DNA of 64,000 bases, taken from a virus. The position numbers and the translations under genes are program-made. Shown here in pieces: positions 1-9,344 of the stretch (its first letter is position 1; each line of letters begins with the position of its first letter). Where the stretch lies: IMG/VR virus record IMGVR_UViG_3300031227_000032, positions 8,517 to 72,516 of that record. One strand, given 5' to 3'. The notes below the pieces were generated by a model. That model was not told the DNA's origin. It saw only the letters and a program-made list of their open reading frames with translations, and did no database searches.

Positions 1-390
1 GTCCTTGCAGCCGCCACACCCGCTTGCAGTGATCGCATCCTTCATGTCAATCGCACCGCACTGCGAGCAAACGCCCATGGCGCCGTCCAACAGTTCGACG
101 TCAAGGTCGTGGCGGATATGCACACCACCCAGCACCTCCCGCGCCTTGGCGAGCAGCGGGCGAACCTTACCCCATGCGGAATCTGAGTGCGCCGTGTGTT
201 GGTTCAGCGCCTCCATCAGCTCCGCCACGGTTGCGCGCAGGGTGTCATGGGCGTTGACGCATTCCACGATACGGGCGGCGTTGGCTTCGGTAGTATTAGC
301 AATCGCCATGCCGTTGTCGTCATATATTCTGGCGGCCCCGGTGACTGTTTGCCACGGCTCCGGTGTGTGTTTCGTTTCATCGCTCATCAT
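1..390 (-). CDS. Hypothetical phage protein (MMSDETKHTPEPW...), runs off the window edge
   Basis: Manual translation. GGAGG RBS and promoter upstream; KHTPxPW N-terminus common in phage proteins; Cys pairs near the C-terminal end. Confidence 0.7.
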   Translation of the reverse strand, partial: MMSDETKHTPEPWQTVTGAARIYDDNGMAIANTTEANAARIVECVNAHDTLRATVAELMEALNQHTAHSDSAWGKVRPLLAKAREVLGGVHIRHDLDVELLDGAMGVCSQCGAIDMKDAITASGCGGCKD

Positions 391-412
391 GTCACCTCCA
401 ATGTCTAGTTAG

Positions 413-441
413 ATCATAACACCGTTTGCGTCGTTTGTCAA
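413..441 (-). promoter_or_regulatory. sigma70-type promoter TTGACA-17-TATGAT
   Basis: Consensus hexamers with TG extension. Confidence 0.75.
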
Positions 442-565
442 GGTGATTCTGAAAATAAGGCGGGCTGGCTGCGGGGTAACACAACCAGCCCTATACTTCA
501 GAAAGGCTTGAAATTGGGTTCCTTTGCCTTAAAATCTAACCCCACACAAACGGGGATTATGGCCG

Positions 566-1141
566 TTATGATTCGCCCGCAGGCTGCTTATCCTTCAACT
601 TGAACGTCACCGTAGGCTGGTCAGTGACGGTTACGCCCAGTGCCTCCAGCGCAGGACGCCCCTTGCGTGCCATGTAATCACGCGCTCGCGGAGTGTCCAG
701 GCTGGCGACAGTTGAGGTCATGGCGACGTTTTCCTTTACTGCCGCCGTTGCATCAGCGCCCAGCTTGAGCGCAGGTTCACGATTCGGATTATGCGTGTAC
801 TGTCCGATATGCTCCGAGTGCTCGCCCTTCCAGAAGCGATGCGACTTGCCAATGTCCACCGGCACTTCGCCTGCGATGAGCGGCGCGTACACATTCAGCA
901 TTTTAAGTATACGCGATTTGTAGCCTTTCGCCTGCGCAGCGTGGTACTTAGCTGCAGCCTCGTGGTCTTGCTGTTGCGCGGCAATGGCAGCGATCAGCTT
1001 GTCAAGCTCATCTGCGGAGTCAGGTTGCCAGAACGGTACTTCGGGGTTATCCGGCACGGTGTCAACGCCTTCGATCACGCCGTCTACAAGCTGTCCGCGT
1101 GTGGCGAGGTTGATTGTGATTACACGTCGTTGAATGTCCAT
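566..1141 (-). CDS. Hypothetical protein, possibly Gam/Gp157-like
   Basis: 191 aa ORF next to ssb, with a helical coiled-coil segment. Family call is weak. Confidence 0.5.
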   Translation of the reverse strand: MDIQRRVITINLATRGQLVDGVIEGVDTVPDNPEVPFWQPDSADELDKLIAAIAAQQQDHEAAAKYHAAQAKGYKSRILKMLNVYAPLIAGEVPVDIGKSHRFWKGEHSEHIGQYTHNPNREPALKLGADATAAVKENVAMTSTVASLDTPRARDYMARKGRPALEALGVTVTDQPTVTFKLKDKQPAGES

Positions 1142-1150
1142 GTTATGCTC

Positions 1151-1582
1151 CTAATTACCAGGCGTGAGGCCGTCCATTTCCAACGGTGGCCCCAAGTCGC
1201 CCAAATCATCATCATCCTGCGCGCTATCAGTCTGCGCATCATCGTCCTTTTTGCCGAGAAACTGAAAGCGATTGCATACCACTTCCGTTTTATAGTGCTT
1301 AACGCCCTGCGGGTCTACCCAATCGCGCGTCTGCAACCGACCTTCGATGTATAGCTGACGCCCCTTGCGCACGTACTGCCCAGCAATCTCCGCTTGCTTC
1401 GCCCAGACTACGATGTTATGCCACTCCGTTTTGTCAACGCGCCCAGTGCCAGTTTCAGTCGGGAAACTCTCGCTAGTGGCAAGTGAGAAGTTCGCCACGG
1501 CTGTACCGCTTTGCGTATAGCGCACCTCAGCATCCCTGCCGACGTGCCCGATAAGAATAACCTTATTTACTCCAGCCATCAT
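1151..1582 (-). CDS. ssb: Single-stranded DNA-binding protein
   Basis: VNKVILIG...EVRYTQSG.AVANFSLAT...TEWHNIVVW...YIEGRLQTR; acidic tail. Confidence 0.97.
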   Translation of the reverse strand: MMAGVNKVILIGHVGRDAEVRYTQSGTAVANFSLATSESFPTETGTGRVDKTEWHNIVVWAKQAEIAGQYVRKGRQLYIEGRLQTRDWVDPQGVKHYKTEVVCNRFQFLGKKDDDAQTDSAQDDDDLGDLGPPLEMDGLTPGN

Positions 1583-1935
1583 TCACCGTCCTTAATTTGT
1601 TGCTGTATTCCATGTAAACCCTCATACATCCAGCCATCATATGTGAGTCGCGTAAAGTCTTTAATACCAGTCCTGCGCGGCATTGTTTTGTAAGTCCACC
1701 ATTCTGAACCATCATATTCGCCGCGCTCTAGCCACCATGTATTACCGACTATGACTAAATCAGTGGCAATTTCAGCAGAGCCAAACCCATCGTCATATTC
1801 CAGCCCTTCAGCTAACTCGCGGAAGCGATCAAATGATACGGCATATTGACCATCAGCAGACCCAACCCACCGCACATCATCATGTGATAGCTTGTGATAA
1901 TTCATGGTTGCAATGGTATCATCATATAAGCACAT
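1579..1935 (-). CDS. Conserved hypothetical phage protein
   Basis: YDDGFGS...WWLERGEYDGSEWW motif; translationally coupled to ssb. Confidence 0.75.
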   Translation of the reverse strand: MCLYDDTIATMNYHKLSHDDVRWVGSADGQYAVSFDRFRELAEGLEYDDGFGSAEIATDLVIVGNTWWLERGEYDGSEWWTYKTMPRRTGIKDFTRLTYDGWMYEGLHGIQQQIKDGE

Positions 1936-1939
1936 TAGA

Positions 1940-3118
1940 TCATTCTCCTTTCAGCGTAATAATAGGTTTCAGCTTGTGAACTACGTCCAGTATATCATAC
2001 TGCAATTCGATCACTTTGTCAACGTCCTTATACGCGGCGGGGCATTCATCCAGATACGCCTCATGCGCAGGCGTCAGCGTGTGCGCGATAGAATCAGCGA
2101 ACTCCGATACTGATACTGCGCGCTTAGTTGCGGTGCGTGAGCGTACCCTACCGGCCCCGTGCGAGCAACTGTGATATGAGTCCGCATTCCCTTTGCCGCG
2201 AACGATGTAACTTGACGTGCCCATGCTGCCTGGAATAATACCAAGCTCATTCTCGCGCAATCTGGTAGCGCCCTTGCGATGGATGATAACATTCTGCCCG
2301 AAATGATGCTCCCAAGCTGCGTAGTTGTGGTGAATGTTGATCATGCGTGATTCGTCAAGTTCGATGTTCAGCGCGGCAAGTGCCTCTCGCATCATCAGCT
2401 TACGATTTGCAAGCGCGTAGTTCAACGCCCAGTTCATATCGTGCATGTAATCTTTATGCGCATCAGTGCCGAGCGGTAAAAAGTGCAGCCCTGGCGGTAC
2501 GTTGGAATGCCAGTGCGTATTAAGCTGTTTAGCAATGCCGCTGTACCATAGCGCGATATTGAATCCCGTCTTGCGCGATCCGCTGTGCAGCATAATCCAC
2601 ACTTGGCCGTCCTGATCGTATTGCGCCTCGATAAAGTGGTTGCCCCCGCCGAGCGTGCCGAGTTGCCTGATCTGCATTTCAAGCACGTTAGCGAAGCTAC
2701 GCCCAGGCTTGATATTCGCACGCACTTGCCCGTCAGATTCAGCGCATATGTCCTGTACAGCGTCGGCGCGTGCCTTGCTAATCTCATCATGCTTATTGAA
2801 GCCAGACGGCACACGTTCGCCAACTGCCATCAGCCAGTCAACCCAATATGCATCTGCATAATCACCGCGCATAATGCCAGTCGGATAAGCACACATACCG
2901 CAGCCGATATCCACGCCCACTGCGCACGGCATTACAGCGCCAATCAGCGGGATAACCGAGCCGATGGTAGCGCCGTCGCCAGCGTGTACATCAGGCATAA
3001 CGGCAAGGTGACGGTACAGCATAGGTAGTTTGACAATGTTATCAATCTGCGCTAGTGCTGTAGCTTCAACATCTTCGATACTGTCTAGCCAGATTTTAGC
3101 TCTGTTGTGGTCAATCAT
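1940..3118 (-). CDS. rtcB: RtcB-family RNA ligase
   Basis: MPDVHAG, VGVDIGCGM, LGTLGGGNHFIE, HSGSR, HHNYA, HRKGAT, PGSMG, SCSHGAGR, DECPAAYK. Confidence 0.96.
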   Translation of the reverse strand: MIDHNRAKIWLDSIEDVEATALAQIDNIVKLPMLYRHLAVMPDVHAGDGATIGSVIPLIGAVMPCAVGVDIGCGMCAYPTGIMRGDYADAYWVDWLMAVGERVPSGFNKHDEISKARADAVQDICAESDGQVRANIKPGRSFANVLEMQIRQLGTLGGGNHFIEAQYDQDGQVWIMLHSGSRKTGFNIALWYSGIAKQLNTHWHSNVPPGLHFLPLGTDAHKDYMHDMNWALNYALANRKLMMREALAALNIELDESRMINIHHNYAAWEHHFGQNVIIHRKGATRLRENELGIIPGSMGTSSYIVRGKGNADSYHSCSHGAGRVRSRTATKRAVSVSEFADSIAHTLTPAHEAYLDECPAAYKDVDKVIELQYDILDVVHKLKPIITLKGE

Positions 3119-3447
3119 TCGGTTTCCTTTGCTTTGATAATCGCAAGCTCAGCTAGCCCCTGGCATAGATCATTCTCCGCGTTAGGTACACGTAATTCCA
3201 TGTCCGTTACAACATCCTGCCAGCATGTGTAACCGTATTTTCCAGCAAGATAGATGATTAGTTCGTCTGAGTTTGGGCAGTCATAGTCGTGATGTTCGTT
3301 AGCTTGGCGATTCTCTGTGCTGCGGGTACATCCATCATCGAAGATGACAAACCTACCAGCATCATCGCCACCCCAATACCACGTTGTTTCACCTTGCCGC
3401 AACCCAATAGCCTTTAGTTCTTGGCATGTCTTTAGTGATAGCATCAT
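3115..3447 (-). CDS. Hypothetical protein
   Basis: ORF coupled to both neighbours by ATGA overlaps. Confidence 0.7.
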   Translation of the reverse strand: MMLSLKTCQELKAIGLRQGETTWYWGGDDAGRFVIFDDGCTRSTENRQANEHHDYDCPNSDELIIYLAGKYGYTCWQDVVTDMELRVPNAENDLCQGLAELAIIKAKETE

Positions 3448-3590
3448 TCACTCCCCAGTTGTGCCAGCAGATGCGGTATATCGTAAATGCCAACGCTGGT
3501 CATCATACCGTCATCGTCTGTGATATGGATAGTCGGGAAATCTCCATCAGCGTCAGTAATGCTGAAAGATGGTTTATCATTTTGCATCAT
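3444..3590 (-). CDS. Small hypothetical protein (MMQNDKPSF..., 48 aa)
   Basis: Manual translation; ATGA overlaps on both sides. Confidence 0.6.
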   Translation of the reverse strand: MMQNDKPSFSITDADGDFPTIHITDDDGMMTSVGIYDIPHLLAQLGSE

Positions 3591-3877
3591 TCACACTCCT
3601 GATATGCTTCGGTACTGCGGTAGCCTACAAACGGATCATACACTACACGACCCTCGCCGTATAGCTCGATCATTATACCACGGATGTACTCAACATGCAA
3701 CGTCAAGCCTAGCCGTTTTGCAACGCGCTTCGGACTCATCACATCACCATCGGACAGCAACGCCATGATCTGCACTTTGCGATTATCGCGGATCGCCTCC
3801 ATTGCAGGCGACATGCGGATGATTGCGTTTTGCGTTACAGACTCGTGTGTGTAGTTACCTAGTGATAGTTGCATCAT
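3587..3877 (-). CDS. Putative winged-helix DNA-binding protein
   Basis: IMALLSDGDVMSPKRVAKRLGL...LYGEGRV pattern. Confidence 0.55.
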   Translation of the reverse strand: MMQLSLGNYTHESVTQNAIIRMSPAMEAIRDNRKVQIMALLSDGDVMSPKRVAKRLGLTLHVEYIRGIMIELYGEGRVVYDPFVGYRSTEAYQECE

Positions 3878-3929
3878 ACACTCCAATTATCAGCTACTAC
3901 ATTATAACATGCTATCAGCAGATTGCAAG

Positions 3930-4157
3930 CTAATCTTCGCGAATCTCAACTTTGGTCGCGTCACCTGCGTATTTTTTCGCAATGTCTTTAGGCAAGCCAC
4001 CCGTGCGCTTCAGATGCCGCGTCACTCCGATGGTCAGGCGAGCATTTGTGATACGTCCGTTGCGCCCGAAGTAATGTAGCGTGATGTCTACTTTGTCAGC
4101 ATCGCCAAGCGCGGCGGTCAGTTCTGCAAGTAGTGGTTTGTAGTCTAGGCGTTGCAT
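3930..4157 (-). CDS. Hypothetical protein
   Basis: ORF with AGGAG RBS, in operon. Confidence 0.65.
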   Translation of the reverse strand: MQRLDYKPLLAELTAALGDADKVDITLHYFGRNGRITNARLTIGVTRHLKRTGGLPKDIAKKYAGDATKVEIRED

Positions 4158-4158
4158 A

Positions 4159-5247
4159 CTACTCTCCTTTGAAACTCACTTTGCTAATTGCTGGAATGAT
4201 ATTCCCCTTGCCGTCCTTTTTCGCCACTACAATACCTGATACATGCGTCGGTAAATGCTCTTTGGCGACTGCCGCTGCGTCTCTGCTGGTATCAGTGCTG
4301 GGGATGTATGCGGCGCTTGCTACAACACCGTTATAATCCAGCTCAATCCAGTAGCGATCATTGCCGTTATCAGTGAACGAGATACAGCGGTATTCCTCAT
4401 GCCTGCCCAGTGGCCACTCATCGCGCCACGTCGGGGCTTTCGTCTCAGCCTTGGCAGGTGTGGCGGGCTTGGGTTTCGGCGCAGTGGCGGGCTTCTGTGC
4501 GGGCTTAGGTGCTGGCTGAATAGGCGGGCAGTCTGCGGCTTCCGGTTTCGCGTCTGGCAACATCTCAGCGCCACCGTCTAGCCAATCGGCGATCAGCTTG
4601 CCATGATCCGGTGTGAGCTTGCCAATGATACCATCGAATAGCCCAGTCCGATCTTTGCTGGTTTCCGCCTCATGGTTCATCGCAATATCGAATACGGTAG
4701 TAAACTCGTATTCCATTCCCTCGCGCTGTACCGGTGCCATGCCAACTTTGATCGGCGCTTGCTTGCCGCGATTGTTTTCCTGCAGGATGTATTCCTGCTT
4801 ACTACGCATTGTAGTAATGACATGCACCTTGGCTTGCAGGATGATCGCCTTAAACTGCTCATGCTGTTTCGTGATTGTAGCCCAGTTCGTATAGCTGTTA
4901 CCGCCGCGTGCGTCTAACGCTTCCTTCTGCTGGAGTAAGCCGCCGTCGCCCGCCCAGCAATGTGTCAGACTGTCGATAATCAGTACGTCATACCCTGCTT
5001 GTTCAGCGGCTTTGATCGCCTGGACATACTTATGTACTGTGAACGGTGCTTCAATGGTCAGCGCGTCATAATCACACAGACCGGAGTATGCTTCACCGCT
5101 ACCATTCTCAGTGTCAATCATCGCAACCTTGCTACCAAGTCCGCGTGCGAGTTGTAGCGCGCTGTAAGTCTTGCCGCTGCCAGATGGCCCCGTGATGGCA
5201 AGTTTGATAAACATACGTCGCCGTGTAGCCTTGTGGAATCCTGTCAT
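4159..5247 (-). CDS. AAA-family ATPase (AAA_24/Sak4-like recombination protein)
   Basis: Walker A GPSGSGKT, IDTE, Walker B LIIDSLTH, EYEFT; Pro/Ala/Lys linker to a C-terminal domain. Confidence 0.85.
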   Translation of the reverse strand: MTGFHKATRRRMFIKLAITGPSGSGKTYSALQLARGLGSKVAMIDTENGSGEAYSGLCDYDALTIEAPFTVHKYVQAIKAAEQAGYDVLIIDSLTHCWAGDGGLLQQKEALDARGGNSYTNWATITKQHEQFKAIILQAKVHVITTMRSKQEYILQENNRGKQAPIKVGMAPVQREGMEYEFTTVFDIAMNHEAETSKDRTGLFDGIIGKLTPDHGKLIADWLDGGAEMLPDAKPEAADCPPIQPAPKPAQKPATAPKPKPATPAKAETKAPTWRDEWPLGRHEEYRCISFTDNGNDRYWIELDYNGVVASAAYIPSTDTSRDAAAVAKEHLPTHVSGIVVAKKDGKGNIIPAISKVSFKGE

Positions 5248-5708
5248 TACATAGCCTCCAAGTTGGGTCGTGATTCAATCATCTGGCGAAGTTCGTCACA
5301 CTCGAACATCTTGAGTTCATATCCACGGTTACAATCCCCAAGGTGCAATGCGGCCCACTTCTCAGAGCGCGCATTGAGCCATGTGAGTATCCACTTCACG
5401 CTCAGCACGTCACCGTCGCCTGCCTTGATACATGCCATGCCGAAGTCGATGGCGGTGGCGTCGTCAAATGCAATGGTGTTGACGTTGCTCATACCGTCGT
5501 CGCCAATGGCGACACTGGCATCTATCCAAACGTGGTCATCGACACGTTCAACGCCTATACTGCAATCATCACGGGTGGCCCCATACCACCGCTTCGGCAG
5601 CGCGTCAAGCTCGGCCTGGATTCTGCCCTCAACCACCACCCTAATTACTGGGTCAAACAGATCAGGGGCAACTTCCAACGCAATCTCTAGCTTCTCTTTC
5701 CTGTCCAT
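5247..5708 (-). CDS. Hypothetical protein
   Basis: ORF coupled by TAATG overlaps. Confidence 0.7.
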   Translation of the reverse strand: MDRKEKLEIALEVAPDLFDPVIRVVVEGRIQAELDALPKRWYGATRDDCSIGVERVDDHVWIDASVAIGDDGMSNVNTIAFDDATAIDFGMACIKAGDGDVLSVKWILTWLNARSEKWAALHLGDCNRGYELKMFECDELRQMIESRPNLEAM

Positions 5709-6265
5709 TACTCACCATCCTTTATCATTGCTAACTGTTTCATCACTGCTCTGGAATAGCTCGTACTATTCAGATGTTTCCCTGTGTTGTAATACGCGGC
5801 GGCAGGCTCCCACGTTGTATCATCGTCAATGTCATATCCACCGCGCAGTAAGATCATACCACACACAGTCACATTGTCAAGTAAATCATCGAGATTCACC
5901 GGCAATCCGATTTGCTCCGATGCCCAGTTCTGCCACGGGCAACGATGCACCTGACCCCACCCGATAGCGCGTCCGTTATCTCCGCGTTGCACATTGCCGT
6001 CGGCATCATAGTGATTATTGCGCGATTCGACATGCCCGATTGCCAGCAGGTAGCCAGGTTCGATGCTCAGCCCATCCGCTACGGTTTTGATCGAAGCCAC
6101 AAGCTCATCGCTACAAGCGCGATTATCGGCGGCAAGCTCCCATGTCGGTGTATCGTCGGCACTCCAGTTCGCACACGCGCTACATACGGTCATGGTACAG
6201 GCACCCGCAACGGTGGCCATCAGCAGAAACGCGCAGCATAGTATAGTGCATCCGTTGTTAGTCAT
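5708..6265 (-). CDS. Secreted lytic transglycosylase (SLT-like)
   Basis: Signal peptide; AIGHVES (catalytic Glu), AIGWGQV, AAAYYNTG motifs. Confidence 0.8.
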   Translation of the reverse strand: MTNNGCTILCCAFLLMATVAGACTMTVCSACANWSADDTPTWELAADNRACSDELVASIKTVADGLSIEPGYLLAIGHVESRNNHYDADGNVQRGDNGRAIGWGQVHRCPWQNWASEQIGLPVNLDDLLDNVTVCGMILLRGGYDIDDDTTWEPAAAYYNTGKHLNSTSYSRAVMKQLAMIKDGE

Positions 6266-6845
6266 CGCGTCCCGCCTTAATGCGTGCAGCTAGTACCTGT
6301 GCGTTCTGCAGTGCGGTGATTAGTTCAGGCGTAATATCAATGGACAGCTCATCATCTGGAATGTCGATGTATGGCCTCCCGTCTTGGTCAACGCAAACAC
6401 CGCCGACAAGTTCAATGCACCAGTGATACATTTTTGTTGGTTTGAGGTGCTCAATGTGCGGCCACGGATCATTCATGTGAAAGCCTGCAATTTGACGCCA
6501 TATCCTAAGCTCACTCAGACCGCCGAAATTGCAGGGCGGGTAGATCGGTTCAACTCTTTTATGTTCAACGTCATCAGGATATCCCTGATACATGTTCTGA
6601 GATGAAAGCGTTAAGTCACGTTGATCAGGTTTATAGCTCGGTATATCGCACTCTGTGACTGTTGCATACCTCACAAATTCAACCACTCCACCAACCCACG
6701 TCTCCGGTGTAATCCGCACACCGCCCAACGTCATGCTGTCGTCAGAGTTAGCCTCATCATACCAGTTAAGCTGTTTCATCGCACACCTCAAAGCCATCAG
6801 TATTGCCGTCTGACCGCTGACCCATCCATCCAGACGGATATTCAA
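6258..6845 (-). CDS. Hypothetical protein
   Basis: 195 aa ORF in operon. Confidence 0.65.
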   Translation of the reverse strand: MNIRLDGWVSGQTAILMALRCAMKQLNWYDEANSDDSMTLGGVRITPETWVGGVVEFVRYATVTECDIPSYKPDQRDLTLSSQNMYQGYPDDVEHKRVEPIYPPCNFGGLSELRIWRQIAGFHMNDPWPHIEHLKPTKMYHWCIELVGGVCVDQDGRPYIDIPDDELSIDITPELITALQNAQVLAARIKAGRDD

Positions 6846-7048
6846 TGACGACAGTACCGGTGGTCAACTCAATATCATAAGGCACCGGATCACCATGCTC
6901 ACTTTCAAAAAAGCGCAACGTGCCAGGTTTGGATAGCCGCCATACTGTGACTAGGAAGCCATCGCTAATGCGACGCATCTGTACTGGTACGTCATCGACC
7001 CCGATCAGCGCATTCGGCTTGCAGGTTGGCATGTCCATATCAATGTAG

Positions 7049-7336
7049 TTACTCATCATCCTCATCCTCCACGCTATCTACCATATCACACAGCAGAGTA
7101 ATGTTATCCGCTGTCTGCAACGCAACGTCATACGCCGCTTCCTGCCATACGCCGGTGTCAATGTCACGATAGCTGAATGCCTTGCGCAGCGTTTCCGCCA
7201 TGAGGCGCAGTTCCTCAATGTTGCCGATCGTCACGGTATCGCGCATCGCGGTAGTGCGTGCGTTCAGTTCGGCTACCTTGCCGTTCAGTACCTCGCGTGC
7301 CATCGTGCGCGCCTTTTCAAATTGATCATTTGTCAT
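7049..7336 (-). CDS. Hypothetical protein
   Basis: GGAGG RBS, in operon. Confidence 0.65.
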   Translation of the reverse strand: MTNDQFEKARTMAREVLNGKVAELNARTTAMRDTVTIGNIEELRLMAETLRKAFSYRDIDTGVWQEAAYDVALQTADNITLLCDMVDSVEDEDDE

Positions 7337-7676
7337 TTTCAGCCTCCAATAATACTCTCTGCTTGTCTGCGATCCCCTGTATCTCAGCGTCCATCATGCC
7401 GGTAATGAGGATCAGCTCACCGGTCAGCGCGTCGTTTTGTTCCTGGTCGATATGCGGGTATAGCATGACGCGAACCTTGGCGCAATGCACGCCCAGCGAG
7501 TTCATGCCAGACTGCACGGCCTGGATAGCCGCGTTACTTGCTACCACACAGTGCGATAGATTCTGTCCACTGATGAGCAGGCGCTTTTGTGTGACTTCAA
7601 GTGCGCGCACGGCGTGATTCAGCCATGCTGCGTATGCCAGCAGTAGAATGATAATGGCTATGAGTACGTATGTCAT
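7326..7676 (-). CDS. Membrane-anchored hypothetical protein
   Basis: N-terminal hydrophobic helix; GGAGG RBS. Confidence 0.7.
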   Translation of the reverse strand: MTYVLIAIIILLLAYAAWLNHAVRALEVTQKRLLISGQNLSHCVVASNAAIQAVQSGMNSLGVHCAKVRVMLYPHIDQEQNDALTGELILITGMMDAEIQGIADKQRVLLEAENDK

Positions 7677-7680
7677 ACAT

Positions 7681-7744
7681 CCTCCAGTGGCAACGCGGAT
7701 GGGTTAGCATCGGGACGTATCCCGCCACCCGCGCTACCTGGAGG
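7681..7744 (-). promoter_or_regulatory. Structured 5' leader that pairs with the RBS
   Basis: CCTCCAG/CTGGAGG outer stem, GTAGCGCGG/CCGCGTTGC stem, inner CGGGA-TACG-TCCCG hairpin. Confidence 0.6.
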
Positions 7745-7780
7745 TTGAAATGTTGTTGCTGTCGTTGTCATACGATGGAT

Positions 7781-7809
7781 AGCTTAACATAGCGTTGCGC
7801 GAATGTCAA
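7781..7809 (-). promoter_or_regulatory. Leftward promoter TTGACA-17-TAAGCT
   Basis: Hexamers with TG extension; divergent from the promoter at 7844. Confidence 0.6.
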
Positions 7810-7843
7810 GCGGATCACGCAAAATCGCGGAATAACTTACAGC

Positions 7844-7872
7844 TTGACAAACGCGGTAGGGTGTGGTATAAT
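7844..7872 (+). promoter_or_regulatory. Rightward promoter TTGACA-17-TATAAT
   Basis: Perfect consensus plus TGTG extension. Confidence 0.85.
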
Positions 7873-8061
7873 GATTGCGTAGTGAAATTTTGGAGTATGA
7901 GTGATGACTACCAGACAAGAGACGTTACATTATTTTAGGAACAGGGGGCCGCGTGGCTCATATTGCAGAGCATCACAGCACTTAGCAATCAGGCTTGATA
8001 TTATGTGGCGCGAAGTATATAAGGTATTGCCAGCATGGATACGTAAACTATTGGAGGTAAA

Positions 8062-8517
8062 GTGATGAACAAGCTAGACGACATGTTGCGTGAGATCATA
8101 AAACAGGCAGAGGCGGCAAGCGGTTGGTATTGTCCAGTCTGTCAACGCGGTGTGCGCCCTGAAGATGTTACATGGGAAGCACATCACACCGAATGCGGCG
8201 CGGGCGTTATCATATCTGAGGAGGGCATTGTATCACGGCTAGCGAGGGCGCTCCGCGCGGCAGTTGGTCAGCGTGATAAGATGATCGTTGAAGTTTTTGC
8301 GCGCATGAATGGCATTGATGAGCTAGGCTTGGCGGCGATAGCGAAAGACCTGGATGACCTGAAAATCACCGGTATACTGGATGGCAATTACAAATGCCCC
8401 GACTGTGACGGTGACGGTGATCTTGGCGCTGCCCCCGACTGGCGGCTGATCGCGTGCGAAACATGCGGAGGTCATGAGGATTCTTTGGGCACAGGCAAAC
8501 TGCCGCCGTCATTTTAG
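8062..8517 (+). CDS. Zn-finger-containing hypothetical protein
   Basis: CPVC...HTEC, CPDCDGDG...CETCGG; GGAGG RBS. Confidence 0.7.
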   Translation: MMNKLDDMLREIIKQAEAASGWYCPVCQRGVRPEDVTWEAHHTECGAGVIISEEGIVSRLARALRAAVGQRDKMIVEVFARMNGIDELGLAAIAKDLDDLKITGILDGNYKCPDCDGDGDLGAAPDWRLIACETCGGHEDSLGTGKLPPSF

Positions 8518-8525
8518 ATAACCAC

Positions 8526-8554
8526 TTGACATTCCGTATTGACCATGCTATACT
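8526..8554 (+). promoter_or_regulatory. Promoter TTGACA-17-TATACT with CAGTTAGCAA leader
   Basis: Consensus hexamers; member of the repeated cassette family. Confidence 0.85.
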
Positions 8555-8583
8555 TAGATCAGTTAGCAATCAGGGAGACGGAA

Positions 8584-8961
8584 ATGAAACGCAATAGCAA
8601 ACAACCTCAAATACCAGCAGCAGCGCAGATCATTGATCGCGCAACCGCTGATACTGTCACAGTGACGCGGTGGACATGTGAGCAGTCAGGCGGATACCGG
8701 ACGGATTACAAGCCGGTACGTACTGATTATATCCTATGTACCAACTCCGCTCAGCCAGAGCAGAACACAACGCTCCGTTATACTGGGCGCAACATTTCCA
8801 CCGCTGCTGAAATTATGACTCGCGCACATTACATTGCGGCCCGTGTGAATGATGGCATGAGCTATAAGGATGCGGCGGACGCGGCAGACAACGCGGGCAG
8901 TCTTGGTATGTGCCACCGTCACCCTGATCAAGTACATACTAATGATGGCTCTGAAAAATAA
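8584..8961 (+). CDS. Hypothetical early protein
   Basis: Start reassigned to the ATG after the GGAG RBS. Confidence 0.7.
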   Translation: MKRNSKQPQIPAAAQIIDRATADTVTVTRWTCEQSGGYRTDYKPVRTDYILCTNSAQPEQNTTLRYTGRNISTAAEIMTRAHYIAARVNDGMSYKDAADAADNAGSLGMCHRHPDQVHTNDGSEK

Positions 8962-8984
8962 GCGGGGCATTTTCTCCAAACCCC

Positions 8985-9013
8985 TTGACATTCTAACAAA
9001 TCCATGTTATCAT
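8985..9013 (+). promoter_or_regulatory. Promoter TTGACA-17-TATCAT with CAGTTAGCAA leader
   Basis: Consensus; leader identical to the one at about 53430. Confidence 0.8.
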
Positions 9014-9042
9014 CTTATCAGTTAGCAACAAGGAGAAACGAA

Positions 9043-9204
9043 ATGACCGACATTAAAACAAACGCGAGAAACAGAGGATACCAGGACGGATTAGACGACG
9101 CCCTGAACAACACAGAAGCCAACCTGCTCAGCGATGTGTACAACAACAGCATCGACTACGTTGAAGGTTACTATGAAGGACGCAAGGACGGCAAGCACAG
9201 TTAA
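9043..9204 (+). CDS. Small hypothetical protein
   Basis: AGGAG RBS; GYQDG...YVEGYYEG motif. Confidence 0.7.
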   Translation: MTDIKTNARNRGYQDGLDDALNNTEANLLSDVYNNSIDYVEGYYEGRKDGKHS

Positions 9205-9228
9205 AGCAACAGTAGCAACCGTCGAATA

Positions 9229-9253
9229 AGCCCCGCTTAACGGTGGGGCTTTT
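9229..9253 (+). terminator. Intrinsic terminator
   Basis: AGCCCCGC-loop-GTGGGGCT followed by a T tract. Confidence 0.8.
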
Positions 9254-9277
9254 GTTTGCGCTATTTTCCGCAACAGC

Positions 9278-9306
9278 TTGACAAACGCGGGGAGTTGTGG
9301 TATACT
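9278..9306 (+). promoter_or_regulatory. Promoter TTGACA-17-TATACT
   Basis: Consensus plus TGTG extension. Confidence 0.85.
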
Positions 9307-9344
9307 TAATCAACGCGGCGAATGATCGCGCAAAGGAGACTGAT

